The notes below the pieces were generated by a model. The model had not been told where the DNA came from. It worked only from the letters and a program-made list of their open reading frames with translations, and did not search any database. From positions 1 to 64,000 of the forward strand of contig NW_025766114.1 of NCBI RefSeq assembly GCF_003918875.1: DNA of 64,000 nucleotides. Direction: 5' to 3'. Below, piece after piece: positions 35,968-48,185 of the stretch (within the stretch, counting starts at the first letter, position 1; each line of letters opens with the position of its first letter). This DNA comes from Haliotis rubra. Lineage: Eukaryota. The translations under genes were made by a program, and so were the position numbers.

Positions 35968-37155
35968 ATGTTTGACCTCTGCAGATGCGTCCTTATAGTT
36001 TACCTCTGTCCCTTAGCTTTGGGCTCTGTTTCCTACAAGGAGAAAGATTTCCTGGCCAACCTCACCTCGGACTACGACCCCAAGATCCGCCCGGTGTTAG
36101 ATGGTTCCAATACGACAGTGAGTATAAGTATGGGGTTGTACTCAATATATTCTCTGGATGAAAAACAGGAAGTGCTCATCTTTCACGCATGGGTCTATAT
36201 GACGTGGAAGGACCAGCTTCTGGTGTGGAACACGACAGTTGGCATTCCCGTTGTTGTAACTATGTCCGTGGCGGATGTATGGACACCAACCGTACTGAAT
36301 GTTGATTCTGTGACGAATATGAGGTACCTAAAAGATGAAACAGATACAGTGGTTGTCTTTCAGGATGGTACAGTTATATATAGCTACATAGGTAGGTTTG
36401 ATACAGGATGCAAGGTCAATATCCAGCAGTTTCCTTTCGATCGCCAGACATGTTATTTTCACTAGGAAACATTTTATCCTCCTGCAAGTAAGGAACATCT
36501 CAAGGTAGTCAACTCGTTTGTAAATCTGGAAACATACAAAGAAAACGGAGAATTTCACCTTCTCAGTGCATCAATGACACAGGAGAAATTCACTCTTCTC
36601 AATGTAACTCATGACTGGATAGAAGTGACCCTTGTCCTGCAAAGACGAACCACCTTCTACATCCTCAACAGCATCCTACCCATCGTGTTCCTTTCCTTTC
36701 TGAACATCTTTGCCTTCCTGTTGCCCGAGGAGAGTGGTGAGAAGGTGTCCCTGTGTGTCTCCATCCTATTGTCATATGCCATGTTTCTCAATCTCATCAA
36801 CTCCTACCTACCAGCGAACTCCGACCACCTGTGTTTCTTCAGTGTCTACCTCACCCTGCTTGTGTTGATCAGCACACTCACATGTCTCGTCGCGATCTTC
36901 ATGCAGTTACTTCACACAAATCTTCAAAGGGAAAATGTCAGTCCAAGATGGCTTCCAATCGCATGGAGATCAGCCAGCAAAGTTGGAATAACCAAACTAC
37001 AAGTTAAGACTGATGATGTCTCTCCAAACAAATCGAACGTGAAAGACAATAAGAAAGATGCACTACTCGCCAAGTGCAACAGAGTGGCATTTGGAACGTT
37101 CTTCATCATCACAGCTCTCACTAACCTTATGTTTTTCATTAGCGTATCCCTATGA
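35968..37155 (+). pseudogene. R5: copy of R1 (subtype A) with one in-frame nonsense codon
   Basis: TTG>TAG at 36463..36465, just after the Cys-loop. The frame continues unbroken to the normal stop at 37155. Confidence 0.92.
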
Positions 37156-38212
37156 CGGCATTACGCATTACTGCCACTGCTTGTTTCACCTGGAATACAT
37201 GATTTTGGTCAGTAGATTCGTTTAGTGACATTTTCTATGTGTTTTCACGCACCATTGACAATTATTATGTGTGATGCAATTCTCTACCTGTCACTCACCC
37301 ATGCTTTGTTGGATGAACAATTAACTTCAGAATTGAAAGGTATTTGTTATTATCTTTCCTTACCTCACTTTAGTGAAATTTCATATAGTTTTTGTGAACT
37401 ACTTTTTGTTATCGCCTGTGCATTGTCCCAATTTATGACCTGTCATTTGTAACATTTAACGTATGTATCTTGACCTGACGACTGGATTTTCTGTGGCAAT
37501 TTTCTTTTAACAAACAGCGTCGGGTTCCAGGGTTTACCCACAGTTGAATTCTATTTTTCGAATTTCGAGAGATGTTTGTGGTAATACTATCTCTGCTGTC
37601 TAAGTACCTCAGTAAGTAATTGTTAGAAAAACTATGTTGCAATAAGGATGACTTGTAACTGTCGTTTATTCATGTGTGATTCATTCCGACTGAGTATTCC
37701 AAGATCGAAATGATTTCAATTCAGTTACAGTTATAACACGCCCCTTTTTTGGCCGTAAAATACGATAGTTCACAGTCAGGGGTGACAGTGGAGGTGAGGT
37801 TGGGGAGTTTTTGGCGGAGGCATATGAGGGGTTTCCTACCTGTTATGTGTACATTCTAATGTGGTCCTCAGAGTTACCGTTTCTGAGAATCACCAAGAAC
37901 AGACACATTTGAAGAATGACGACCTACACATATTGCAAACTTACAAATAATGAAATCACCCTGTGTATTCAAATCTAGAATGTCCTAAAATGTTCACAAA
38001 TACAGATTCAATCGTTATATCAAATATTTTAAACAGAAGTGATCGCTGAATATTCTGAAACTTGTACACCAACTGTTCAACATGAATAAACGCTTTTAAG
38101 CTAATATAATATAACATTTAATACTTTACCATGGAAGCCTTTCTTCAATATGGCAGAATAAAAACAGTGTTTTAGTCTGTTGGGTTTTCCGTTATCTAAA
38201 TATAACCTTTAA

Positions 38213-38321
38213 CATGGGCGGATCCAGGAATTTTGCAATTTTTTTTTTTCAATATGGTCTTAAGTCATTTTCAAAGAGGGGGGGGGGCGAACCCCCTGAA
38301 CCCCCCTTGGATCCGCCACTG
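38213..38321. mobile_element. Short MITE (GGCGGATCC-type termini)
   Basis: catgggcggatcca ... tggatccgccactg; absent at the paralogous site (~15149). Confidence 0.75.
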
Positions 38322-39247
38322 GATAATACCTATAATATAAACAGTGTTGTATACATAATTTATCAACCGTTCTTTTCATACAACTTGAGCCTTATACTTC
38401 ATCAAAATCACTTGACAACGAAACCAGTGAATACAACTCATGATATTGGTATAGAATCATGCAAATAACAATATAACATGCCGTCTCCTTCTCTCCTTCG
38501 GAAAATCATGTTTGTCATTGTCCGATTACACATCGTTAGTAGAAGTAATTTCAATATAGACAATGCCAAAATTCATTACTTCTTTAGGAGAAGTAGTTTC
38601 GTAAGAGATAAATGTCCAGTAATTCTCAACGACAATGCCAACCTTCAAGAATTCAATGATGGTGTGACAGCACACTAAGGCCAATATTCAAAGCTTCATC
38701 AAATATTTTCCAAACATCAATTAGGACCAGCCGGGAAGGGTCTTCTTTATCATGTTTTACACAGTCTGTTCCAAAACATCTCTTTCTCTCCTTCAGGATA
38801 TCATATGTTTTTCATATCTCCGATTATAATTCATTAGTGGAAGTAGTTTCAATGTAGGCAATGCCAAAATTCATTGCTTCTTTAGGAAATCTCAATAAGG
38901 TATGACATAATACACACATGTCAATATTCATAGTTTGTTCTATACACCAATTAGGACAAGCCTGGAAGCTTCTTATCATTTGTGTCTTACCTATGCAATC
39001 TCCAAACATCGATATTGTAATGTCAATTAACGCTAATGACGCAACATCATATTGATAGAGCTATTCAGTTGTTCATATTGTACAGAAATTCAGATAATGA
39101 CCAAACGGGTCTTGCTTTGCCCCGTTGCTCCTGGATACCAATATAATACCTATATAATGCCTTGAATCATTTCTAAAACTGAATCTCCTTAGCACTGAGG
39201 CCGCTGTGTGTTTTCTCCAACATTAATCACGTGAATATTGTTTGGAA

Positions 39248-40987
39248 ATGTTTGCCATACACATATGTGTCTCCATGTTACTTCTCTGTCACGTCACTCT
39301 GGGCTCTGTTTCCTACAAGGAGAAAGATTTCCTGGCGAACCTAACCTGGAACTATGACCCCAAGATCCGCCCGGTGTTTGATGGCTCCAACACCACAGTG
39401 AGTATCGGTATGAGATTGAACACAATTATATCTCTGGATGAAAAACATGAAGTGCTCAGATTTAAAGCATGTGTTGTAATGACATGGAAGGACCAGCTTT
39501 TGGTGTGGAACTCGACAAGTGACATTCCCACTGCAGTCACTATGCCCCTATCGGACATGTGGTCGCCAACCATACTAAATGTTGATTCTGTGACAAACTT
39601 GAAGTACCTAAAAGATGACAGGGATACCGTGCTCGTCCATCAGGATGGCACAGTTGTGTATTTTTTCACAGGTAGGTTTGACACAGAATGCAAAGTAAAT
39701 ATCCACCAATTTCCTTTCGATCGCCAGACATGTAATTTTCATTTGGAAACATTTGATGCCCGTGTTAGTAAGGAATTTCTTAAGGTAGTCGACTCGTATG
39801 TAAATCTGGAAACATATCAGGAAAACGGAGAATTTAACCTTCTCAGTGCATTAATGGCATTGACAAAATTCCAGATAAATGACACCAATGGTAACTGGAT
39901 AGAAGTGACCCTTGTCCTGCAAAGACGAACCACCTTCTACATCCTCAACAACATCCTACCCATCGTGTTCCTTTCCTTTCTGAACGTCTTCGTTTTCTTA
40001 ATGCTCGAGGAGAGTGGTGAGAAGATGTCACTGTGTGTCTCCATCCTGTTGTCCTATGCCATGTTTCTCAATCTCATTAATTCCTACCTACCAGCGAACT
40101 CCGACCACCTGTGTTTCTTCAGTGTCTACCTCACCCTGCTTGTGTTGATCAGCACACTCTCATGTCTTGTCACAATCTTCATGCTGGTACTTCACACTTA
40201 CAGTCAAATTCCGATGAGTCGAATGCCGGTGTCTCGAATATTATGTATAACACGAAGTACCTGTCGGTCCTGACCATTCCCTGTTATAGTTGTCATTATT
40301 TGAATACCGGTTACACGAATTCGTCTCATAAATACACACGATAACTCGAGAAGGAAATTTGGTCCCATGAGATTCAAACAACAGCAATCTTGTAGACATA
40401 AGCCGAAGTCAGTCAAAGAGAAGTTGATTGGTGTAGCAAACTGATCCAATTAACAAACCAGCGCGGCTCACACCTTTCTGCCATTGACGGGTTAGTTCAA
40501 AAGGCAGATTAGTGATTTTACGGAAATCACTGTCTGTGCTAATCAGACTGGAACTGTTAAGGTGCCCCTATTTGTGATACGGAAATCATTAGATAAACAA
40601 ATGCTTAGGCGGAGGAATTAGAACTGGATCATCTTTTTTTCTACCCTCATAGACATACCTATGTCTCGAATACATCGATAAGTCGAATTTATTACTTGGT
40701 CCCCAGCGATTCGACTCATCGGGATTTGACTGTATTTTCAAACGGGCAAAGCTTGTCCAACATGGCTGCCGGTCGCTTGGAGGTCAGATAGCAAAGTTGG
40801 AACAAGTGAACCATGGGTTAAGAATGAAGACATAGCTCCAAACCAATCTGATGTAAACGGTAAAGCAAACAATAAGTCGGAAATGAAGGACTTGATTATC
40901 GCCAAGTGTAACAGAGTGGCATTTGGAACGTTCTTCACACTGACACTCCTCATTAACGTTATGTTTTTCATTTCGGTATCCCCGTGA
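39248..40987 (+). pseudogene. R6: chimeric receptor (B-type extracellular domain, C-type M3-M4 loop and M4) interrupted by a MITE
   Basis: The 5' part matches R2. After the insertion, 40733..40987 encodes FQTGKACPTWLPVAWRSDSKVGTSEPW..., as in R7/R8. Removing the MITE and one TA restores cacacttattttcaaacg. Confidence 0.92.
40201..40732. mobile_element. 532-bp Tc1/pogo-type MITE inserted in R6
   Basis: 24-bp TIR cagtcaaat(t/c)ccgatgagtcgaat; TA duplication at 40199-40200 and 40733-40734. Confidence 0.95.
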
Positions 40988-41357
40988 TGGACGGCTGTCA
41001 CTGGCTATTTCACATACAGACAGAGAATCGAGGAGGAAAGCTTGAGACATCAGAAGATATGTTTCTGTTGAACATCATTCACTGACATGGCTGAGTATGA
41101 ACTGTGTGGATTAAAAGAACCATCCTTTTACATTCATTACTTATGTGACTTAGAGACAGTCAAAGAAGAATACATTTAATTAGCCAGTAGGTATGTTTGT
41201 GTCATGTGTTGTATGAGGCTTTACTGTCATTGGGGTGTCTGTGAACTGTGTGTGTCAAACTGATCTAATGAATTTAGTGTTAAAGATTTCTATTTCAGTC
41301 CGAATCTCCATTGTACTGTGCAAACGCCACCTCACACTTGTATATAGGTCTCTATAT

Positions 41358-42545
41358 CCTTATTGGGTACCCTTGCCTCATCTAGACGGGTGATAGAATG
41401 GGCCCGGTTCTATCAATCGGCTGGTCATGCCAAGCCCTCAGCATTATTTTGTTGCTGAAAATGTTAAACTACCTCAATATTTTGTCAAAAATCTTAGCCG
41501 AGAAATATTGTACTTGAAATTTGAAATGTACACTTTATATCCTGTAATTTGCCTAGAGTCCTAGGCTCAGAAGGCGGTGGATCATGGGCCAATCTGGTAG
41601 CATAATTAATTTTTTATTTTTCTGCTGGAGTATATCACCCGGGTATCCCTGGTGCTGCAAGTCGAAGATCCACTTGTTATTAGGACTGTCCTTATGATAC
41701 TCCGTGGCGGGTGGGGAGCTCGGATGATGAACCATTAAATACTAACTATGGATTACCAAACCCTGTCGAAAAAACGAAACGTTCTCTTGACATTGGTTGT
41801 GATGATAGTGAACACAGAACCGCCAAATCAATTGACTACTGGCAAAGCTTTATGGCGACCGTGACACTGGATCAGACGCCATTGAACCTTTTGCGGTGTC
41901 TAAGGGAATACAAGGAATTGCAGGCGAAGATAAAAACATTAAACGCTTGCATTCAGGCGCTCTACTTGTTGAGTTTAGTAAAAGGCAGCAATTGAATCGT
42001 TTGTTAACATTCCTGTGTCCGTCTGAGCACACAGAACATTAAACTCAAGTAAAGGAATAATGCGAGACCATGATCACTTGTTAGCTGACATGGCAGAAGT
42101 CGATATTGTGTCAGAGATGAAGGATCAAGGTATCACTTATGTTAAACAATTCACAACTCGTAGAAATAATGAAACCCTTTAAACTCATACGTATCTGCAA
42201 CATATGTTAAATTTGGGTTTACACTTTCTTAGTAAAGTACCAAGTCTAGTACTTTTGGGGTTGAGTCAAAAAACAGAGTCAGGCGCCAAATCGCCATCAC
42301 ACAAAGTCAGCCGCCTAACCCGCTCAGCCACCGCGCGGTGGACTCAACACAAAAAGTACTTGAATATGTACTTTACTAAGAAAGTGTAATCCCAAATATA
42401 ACATATGTTGCATTTGACCACTTTCTAAAATGGCATTGTGTAATCACATACGTATCTGTTTTCATTTTCATGTCCTACAGCTCCAAAATCAATAAAGGCT
42501 GGCTACTGTAACATCAATGTGGACACTTAAATTTCAAATCCCTAA
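41358..42545 (+). mobile_element. LINE 5' UTR and degraded ORF1, paralogous to the insertion at 49766
   Basis: Same 5' sequence (ccttgcctca(t/c)ctagacgggtgatagaatgggcccgg) at the same position downstream of a C-type 3' end. ORF1-like peptides include HRTLNSSKGIMR. Confidence 0.7.
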
Positions 42546-42991
42546 AGTTATCCACTTGGTTCTATAGACATTTCCTTCTTCTAAACTGAAGTAAAAAGTC
42601 ATGTACTTAAGTCTATTTGTGGACGAGTTATACATGTTTGAAAATACAACATTTTCGCAACAGATTTCTGGGTTATGCGTTTCCTTTCTTGAATAGTATA
42701 TAATAAAGAAGCAGTTATCCTTAAAGCATCATACTCTTCCTTATTATTCATTAACTTCTAAAATGCCAATCAAACAAGCCATGAACAGTGTGGGCTATAA
42801 AACATAGTTTTACATTCATCACTTACGTGACTTATAGACAATTAAAGAAGGATACTTCTGATTAGTCAGTAGGTTTGTTTTAGTCACGCCTGGTATGTGC
42901 CGTGAGGCTTTGCCGTGATTGGGGTGTGTGTGAATGTTGTGTGTCAAACTGATCTAATGAATTTAGTGTTTAACACTGCTATCGCATGCTA

Positions 42992-43186
42992 NNNNNNNNN
43001 NNNNNNNNNNNNNNNNNNNNNNNNNNNNNNNNNNNNNNNNNNNNNNNNNNNNNNNNNNNNNNNNNNNNNNNNNNNNNNNNNNNNNNNNNNNNNNNNNNNN
43101 NNNNNNNNNNNNNNNNNNNNNNNNNNNNNNNNNNNNNNNNNNNNNNNNNNNNNNNNNNNNNNNNNNNNNNNNNNNNNNNNNNNNNN
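42992..43186. other. Assembly gap (195 N)
   Basis: Run of N. Confidence 1.
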
Positions 43187-44774
43187 AGTTTACATATGTG
43201 GAACCTAAGTGTTATGAACGCTGAATATGTTGTGCTGTGGAACTTAAAAAAGGATTCTAATCGCAAGAATCGTTTGGAAATCGATGACTTTGTACACAGA
43301 TGGGTAACAGTGAAAAATCGCAAAAACGCAACTGCTGTAGTTTTGAGCCACTTACGTAAAGGCATTGCATGCACGTGCAAAAGGCACAACAAGCATTATA
43401 AAAGTGCAGGATTTTTGATTTTGCTTCACTTCGGTTAAAACTCTCAGCACAAATTTCACAATACCAAGACTGAACGATGCTCAGAGGAACAATAACACCG
43501 GACGATTGCAAGCAGGCGAGTCCGGGTCAGAGGTAACGAGGTCTCCACTAGCACCATATCGATGCCATGGAACCGCTACCAACAGCAGGGATCAACACGT
43601 GACCTTCCCAGATCCGCTAGACCACATGTCATCACTCCTACCCAAGACAGCTACATCCGGTTGGGCCACCTACGCCAAAGGACGACAATTGCTGCCTCCA
43701 CTGCATCCTCAGTACCGGGACTGCGCAGGATCTCGGACCAGACTGTCTGGAACCGTCTACGAGAAGCAGGGTTGCGACCAAGACGTCCTGCTAGAGGCCT
43801 GATTTTGTCCAGGCAGCATCGCCAGCTACGACTGCAATAGTGTCGAGCGCACAGGGTATGACCTCAAGGATGACGGAGACACGTATGGTTCAGCGATGAA
43901 TCCCGATTCATGCTCTGCAGACAGGATGGAAGGACCCGTGTCTACTGCGGAATAGGTGAACGCTTCGCAGCATATTGCATACAGAAAGTGGACAGATTTG
44001 GTGAAGACGTGTCATGATGTGGGCAGCTATCTCTCACAACGCCAGGACAGACTTGTGCAGACCAGGGGGAACATGACAGCAAAGCGCTATGTTGATGAGA
44101 TCTTGCGTCCGCGCGTCGTCCCCACCATGGCCAACGTGAACGCTGTTTTCCAGCAGGACAATGCTCGTCCTCATACAGTACTCATCACCACAGCCTTCCG
44201 AGCAAACAACAACATCAACGTTCTGCCATGGCCTCTAGATCTCCGGTTAGACATCACCTGTGATAGTCTAGTTATTTTACAGTCCTTCGATGTCTGATTA
44301 TTCAACAATCAAAATGTATTGTGTATGTAAAACATTTCTCGTCGCTATATGGCTGAAATTTTGCCGAGGTGACGTTAAATTTTAACTCACTCCAGATCCC
44401 CGGATTTAAACCCAATTGAGCATCTTTTGGATGAATTGGATAGACGTGTGCGACGGCGACAACCACGACCTCAGACACTACAACAACTGGCTGCCGCTTT
44501 GACGGCTGAGTGGGCTACAATTCCACAGGCTGACATCCACAATCTGATTGCTTCTATGGGCAGGACGTGCCAGGCAGTAATTGACTCTCAAGGGGTAACA
44601 CACGTTACTAACTGTACGTGACGTCAAATGTGACGTTGGACATTCGATGGCTGTTACTAAAGCCTCGGTGGCTGTTGTTTATCTGTACAAAATTTTAAAG
44701 TTCTCACACTTTTAGTTCATGTAGTAAATGTCTTTGAAACATCCAATGAAAATCTGGCTTAGCGTTACTTTACG

Positions 44775-44775
<1 letters not shown>
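43187..44775 (+). mobile_element. Degraded Tc1/mariner transposon with an internal LINE-tail insertion
   Basis: Peptides ISDQTVWNRLREAGL, WFSDESRF, FQQDNARPHT and PDLNPIEHLLDEL. A ~155-bp LINE 3' fragment sits at ~44237..44392. The 5' end is lost in the gap. Confidence 0.88.

Positions 44776-44820
<45 letters not shown>
44773..44820. repeat. (CA)n microsatellite
   Basis: About 22 CA units. Confidence 0.97.
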
Positions 44821-44821
<1 letters not shown>

Positions 44822-47800
44822 CTGTATATTTTCATCAATTGCTTGATAACTGTGTAAGAACCTACAGAGAAACGTCGTTCTCACTGTAATAAAGAGCTTG
44901 TTCACCAATATATTGTTATCCTTCCTTACTGTTCAACTTCTAAATGCCTCTTCAAATGTTCAATTGTATGCCGCTTTTAGCAATATTTCAGCAATGTCCA
45001 GAAATGGGCTTCACACAGTGTACCCATGTGGGGAATCAAACCCGGGCCTTCGACGTGATGAGCGAACGCCTTAACCACAAGGCTATCCCCACAAGGCTGT
45101 CTTCTATTATCTTGAGTGATATGATCCGGGATTCTGGACAGATAGGCGGACGGGCGGATATACAAGCTGATTACTATAATCCACGTGTAAACACGCCCAT
45201 TAAGCAAAAATATTACCAAATGGCCTTGTTTGTGTCGACATGTGGCTGAACCACATGACAGGTGCAGAGCAATTGAATCACTAAACATAAATGAGTATAG
45301 TTTAACGTTACTCCCAGCAATATCCCAGCGTGTGATACCAGAAATGGGATTCAAACGTTTATCCATATGGGAAATCGAATGCGGGTATTCAGCGTGACGA
45401 AGGAAGAATCAACCATCCCCTGCTGCCTAACGCAATCGTGATGTACCTTAGCAGATTCACACCCTGTCCCCAGCAGGGGTACAAAACACTTACATCTAAC
45501 TGTTAAATCTATATCACTATTTATTTTTATGTAATACAATGTAACACCTGAAATTAAGTTTTTATAAACCTGAAAATGTTTCACCGGGGTAAATGTAAAA
45601 CACTACCACCAACACAACATCTATTTATATATTTTTTTAAACATTTCATACTGATATCTTTTTCCACCAAAAGGGATAAATATTTTAATGTCAAAACAAT
45701 TTAGGATCTTTCTTAATTGTGTTAATCATCATCAAATAAAGGATTTTTTAACGGAAATAGAATTATTAGAAAAATTTTGAATAATATGTTTTGTAAATAG
45801 ATAAATGACATTTTAAATATGGTAGAATAAATTAGCAACTGAGATTGTTAGAGGCTGTATCCTCAAAGGGGGTTGAAGTATCGTAAAATTATTGTTCTCC
45901 TGAGAGGATACGTAAGTCCAAAAACTTTCAATGTTAAATTCAAACTTACCAGCTTTTTAAACGCAGTAGTTTTGTTATTTTTTAAACTGTTGGCTAGACT
46001 TGTCCTACAATCGCCAGCGGCTGAAGGGATGGTGTAAATCCAACTAGGGTCTATGCAGGTAGCAAAGGTACTGTAAGTCCCCATGGTCCCTGGTATGGTG
46101 ATCTACCTTCAGTTGTTGGCGGTCTATAGCCTGTTTTTATATTGTATTGTCAAAATAGTGCTATCAGTTTTAACTTTCCACACTGGTTTTAGTTGTAATT
46201 GTGATATTCTAGTTGTTTTACTGTCCTTCCTCGACAGGTTTTTATAATATACATATATTCAATTTCAGTGTCAAATATGTTCTCGTCACGATATAGCTGA
46301 AATATTGCCGATGTGACGTTAAGGGTTAACTCACTCACTCACTCACTGATATGTTTTACAAAACAATGTAGTAAGCAGGTTGTATTTAACGCCACTTCGA
46401 ACATTATTCTAATTATACAACGGCTTATCAACGGAATATGGGAGGTAAACATCAGGTCTCAGATGTGTTCATTTTCCGTCAGACCAACAAGCACCCGTGT
46501 ACTACTTATCACATACCAAGAACCATACAAGCGACGAAGCGGGATTCTAACCCCAGTCGCAGATTACTGGTTTGCCCAAGGATCGCTACTTCACAGAGGG
46601 AATAGAGGTGCCAGCGACAACAGTGCTACTCAAGCTAACACAAAGCCACCATGGCCAACGTGAACGCTGTTTTCCAGCAGGACAATGCTCGTCCTCATAC
46701 AGTACTCATCACCACAGCCTTCCGAGAAAACAACAACATCAACGTTCTGCCATGACCTTCCAGATCTCCGGTTAGACACCATCTGTGATAGTCTAGTTAT
46801 TTTACAGTCCTTCGATGTCTGATTATTTAACAATTAAAATGTATTGTGTATGTAAAACATTTTAAATATGGTAGAATAAATTAGCAACTGAGATTGTTAG
46901 TGGCTGTATCCTCAAAGGGGGTTGAAGTATCGTAAAATTATTGTTCTCCCCAGAGGATTACGTATCCAAAAACTTTCAATGTTAAATTTAAACTTACCAG
47001 CTTTTTATGTTAAACTGTTGGCTAAACTTGTCCTACAATCGCCAGCGGCTGAAGGGATGGTGTAAATCCAACTGGGGTCCATGCAGGTAGCAAAATGTTA
47101 TGTAAGTCCCCATGGTCCCTGGTATGGTGATCTACCTTCAGTTGTTGGCGATCTATAGCCTGTTTTTATATTGTATTGTCCAAATAGTGCTATCAGGTTT
47201 TTATATTACCGATGTGACGTCAAGTATTAACTCACTCACTCACTCACTCACTGATATGTTTTACAAAACAATGTAGTAAGCAGGTTATATTTAACGCCAC
47301 TTTGAACAGTATTCTAATTATACAACGGCTTATCAACGGAATATGGGAGGAAAACATCAGGTCTCAGATATGTCCATTTTCCGTCAGACCAACAAGCACC
47401 CGTGTACTACTTATCACATACCAAGAACCATACAAGCGACGAAGCGGGATTCTAAACCCCAGTCGCAGATTACTGGTTTGCTCAAAGATCGCAACTTCAC
47501 AGAAGGAATAGAGGTGCCATCGACAACTTGCTACTCAAGCTAACAAGAAGAAATATATAAACTCATCGGCCACTGAACGCCGAAGACCCGGGTTCCAATC
47601 CCCACATGGGTACAATGTGTGAAGCCCATTTCTGGTGTTCCCCGCCGTGATGTTTGCTGGAATATTGCTAAAAGCGGCGTAAAACCAAATTCAGTCAGTC
47701 AGTCAGCGATACTGTTCCACTTGAGGTACGTCATCATTTTTCATACCACCCATTAGACATGATTACCGGAAATTGCTATCTTAAGCTTAAATTCTCAGGG

Positions 47801-48185
47801 GTACACAACGCCATTGCTAACTTTCATTACCACTATAGTAAATGGCAAACATACCCTCAAGTCATCATTCAAAGCGTTGAAAGATGGGATTCATACAATT
47901 CCAGGGACATTTCACGGTTCGTTCTTATTCATGTCTAACATATAAAGGACAAAACATCGATATCCGGCAATTAGCAATAGAGTAGGGTAAGACATTAAAT
48001 AGACAAAGCTGTTCAGTTGCCGATGGCGAGTGCCCTTCCGATAATGTCTAAAAGGTTTCTCCTGGACACGAACATTTTTGCCATGCTATGAATCATTTCA
48101 AATACTATGTCTCCACGTGTGGCTGGTTTCACTGGAGCTGTGTTGTTTGTCCTTGAGAAGGAGCCACGCTGAAAACGTTTACGAA

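Larger units (their letters stand above)
27881..40100 (+). repeat. Segmental duplication, copy 2 (contains R5 and the 5' part of R6)
   Basis: Matches 7148..17300. It has extra sequence at 28488..30033, 30276..30710, ~31155..32830 and 38213..38321, and lacks ~13097..14422 and ~15590..15960. Confidence 0.92.

Noticed and set aside
39248-39930. Positive selection from the R2 versus R6 comparison alone
   Set aside because: By hand I count roughly 15 nonsynonymous and 5 synonymous nucleotide changes in the signal peptide and extracellular domain. That is close to neutral expectation, and R6 is disrupted, so this pair alone proves nothing.
42915-43438. ORFs spanning the N run
   Set aside because: Artefacts of the assembly gap.
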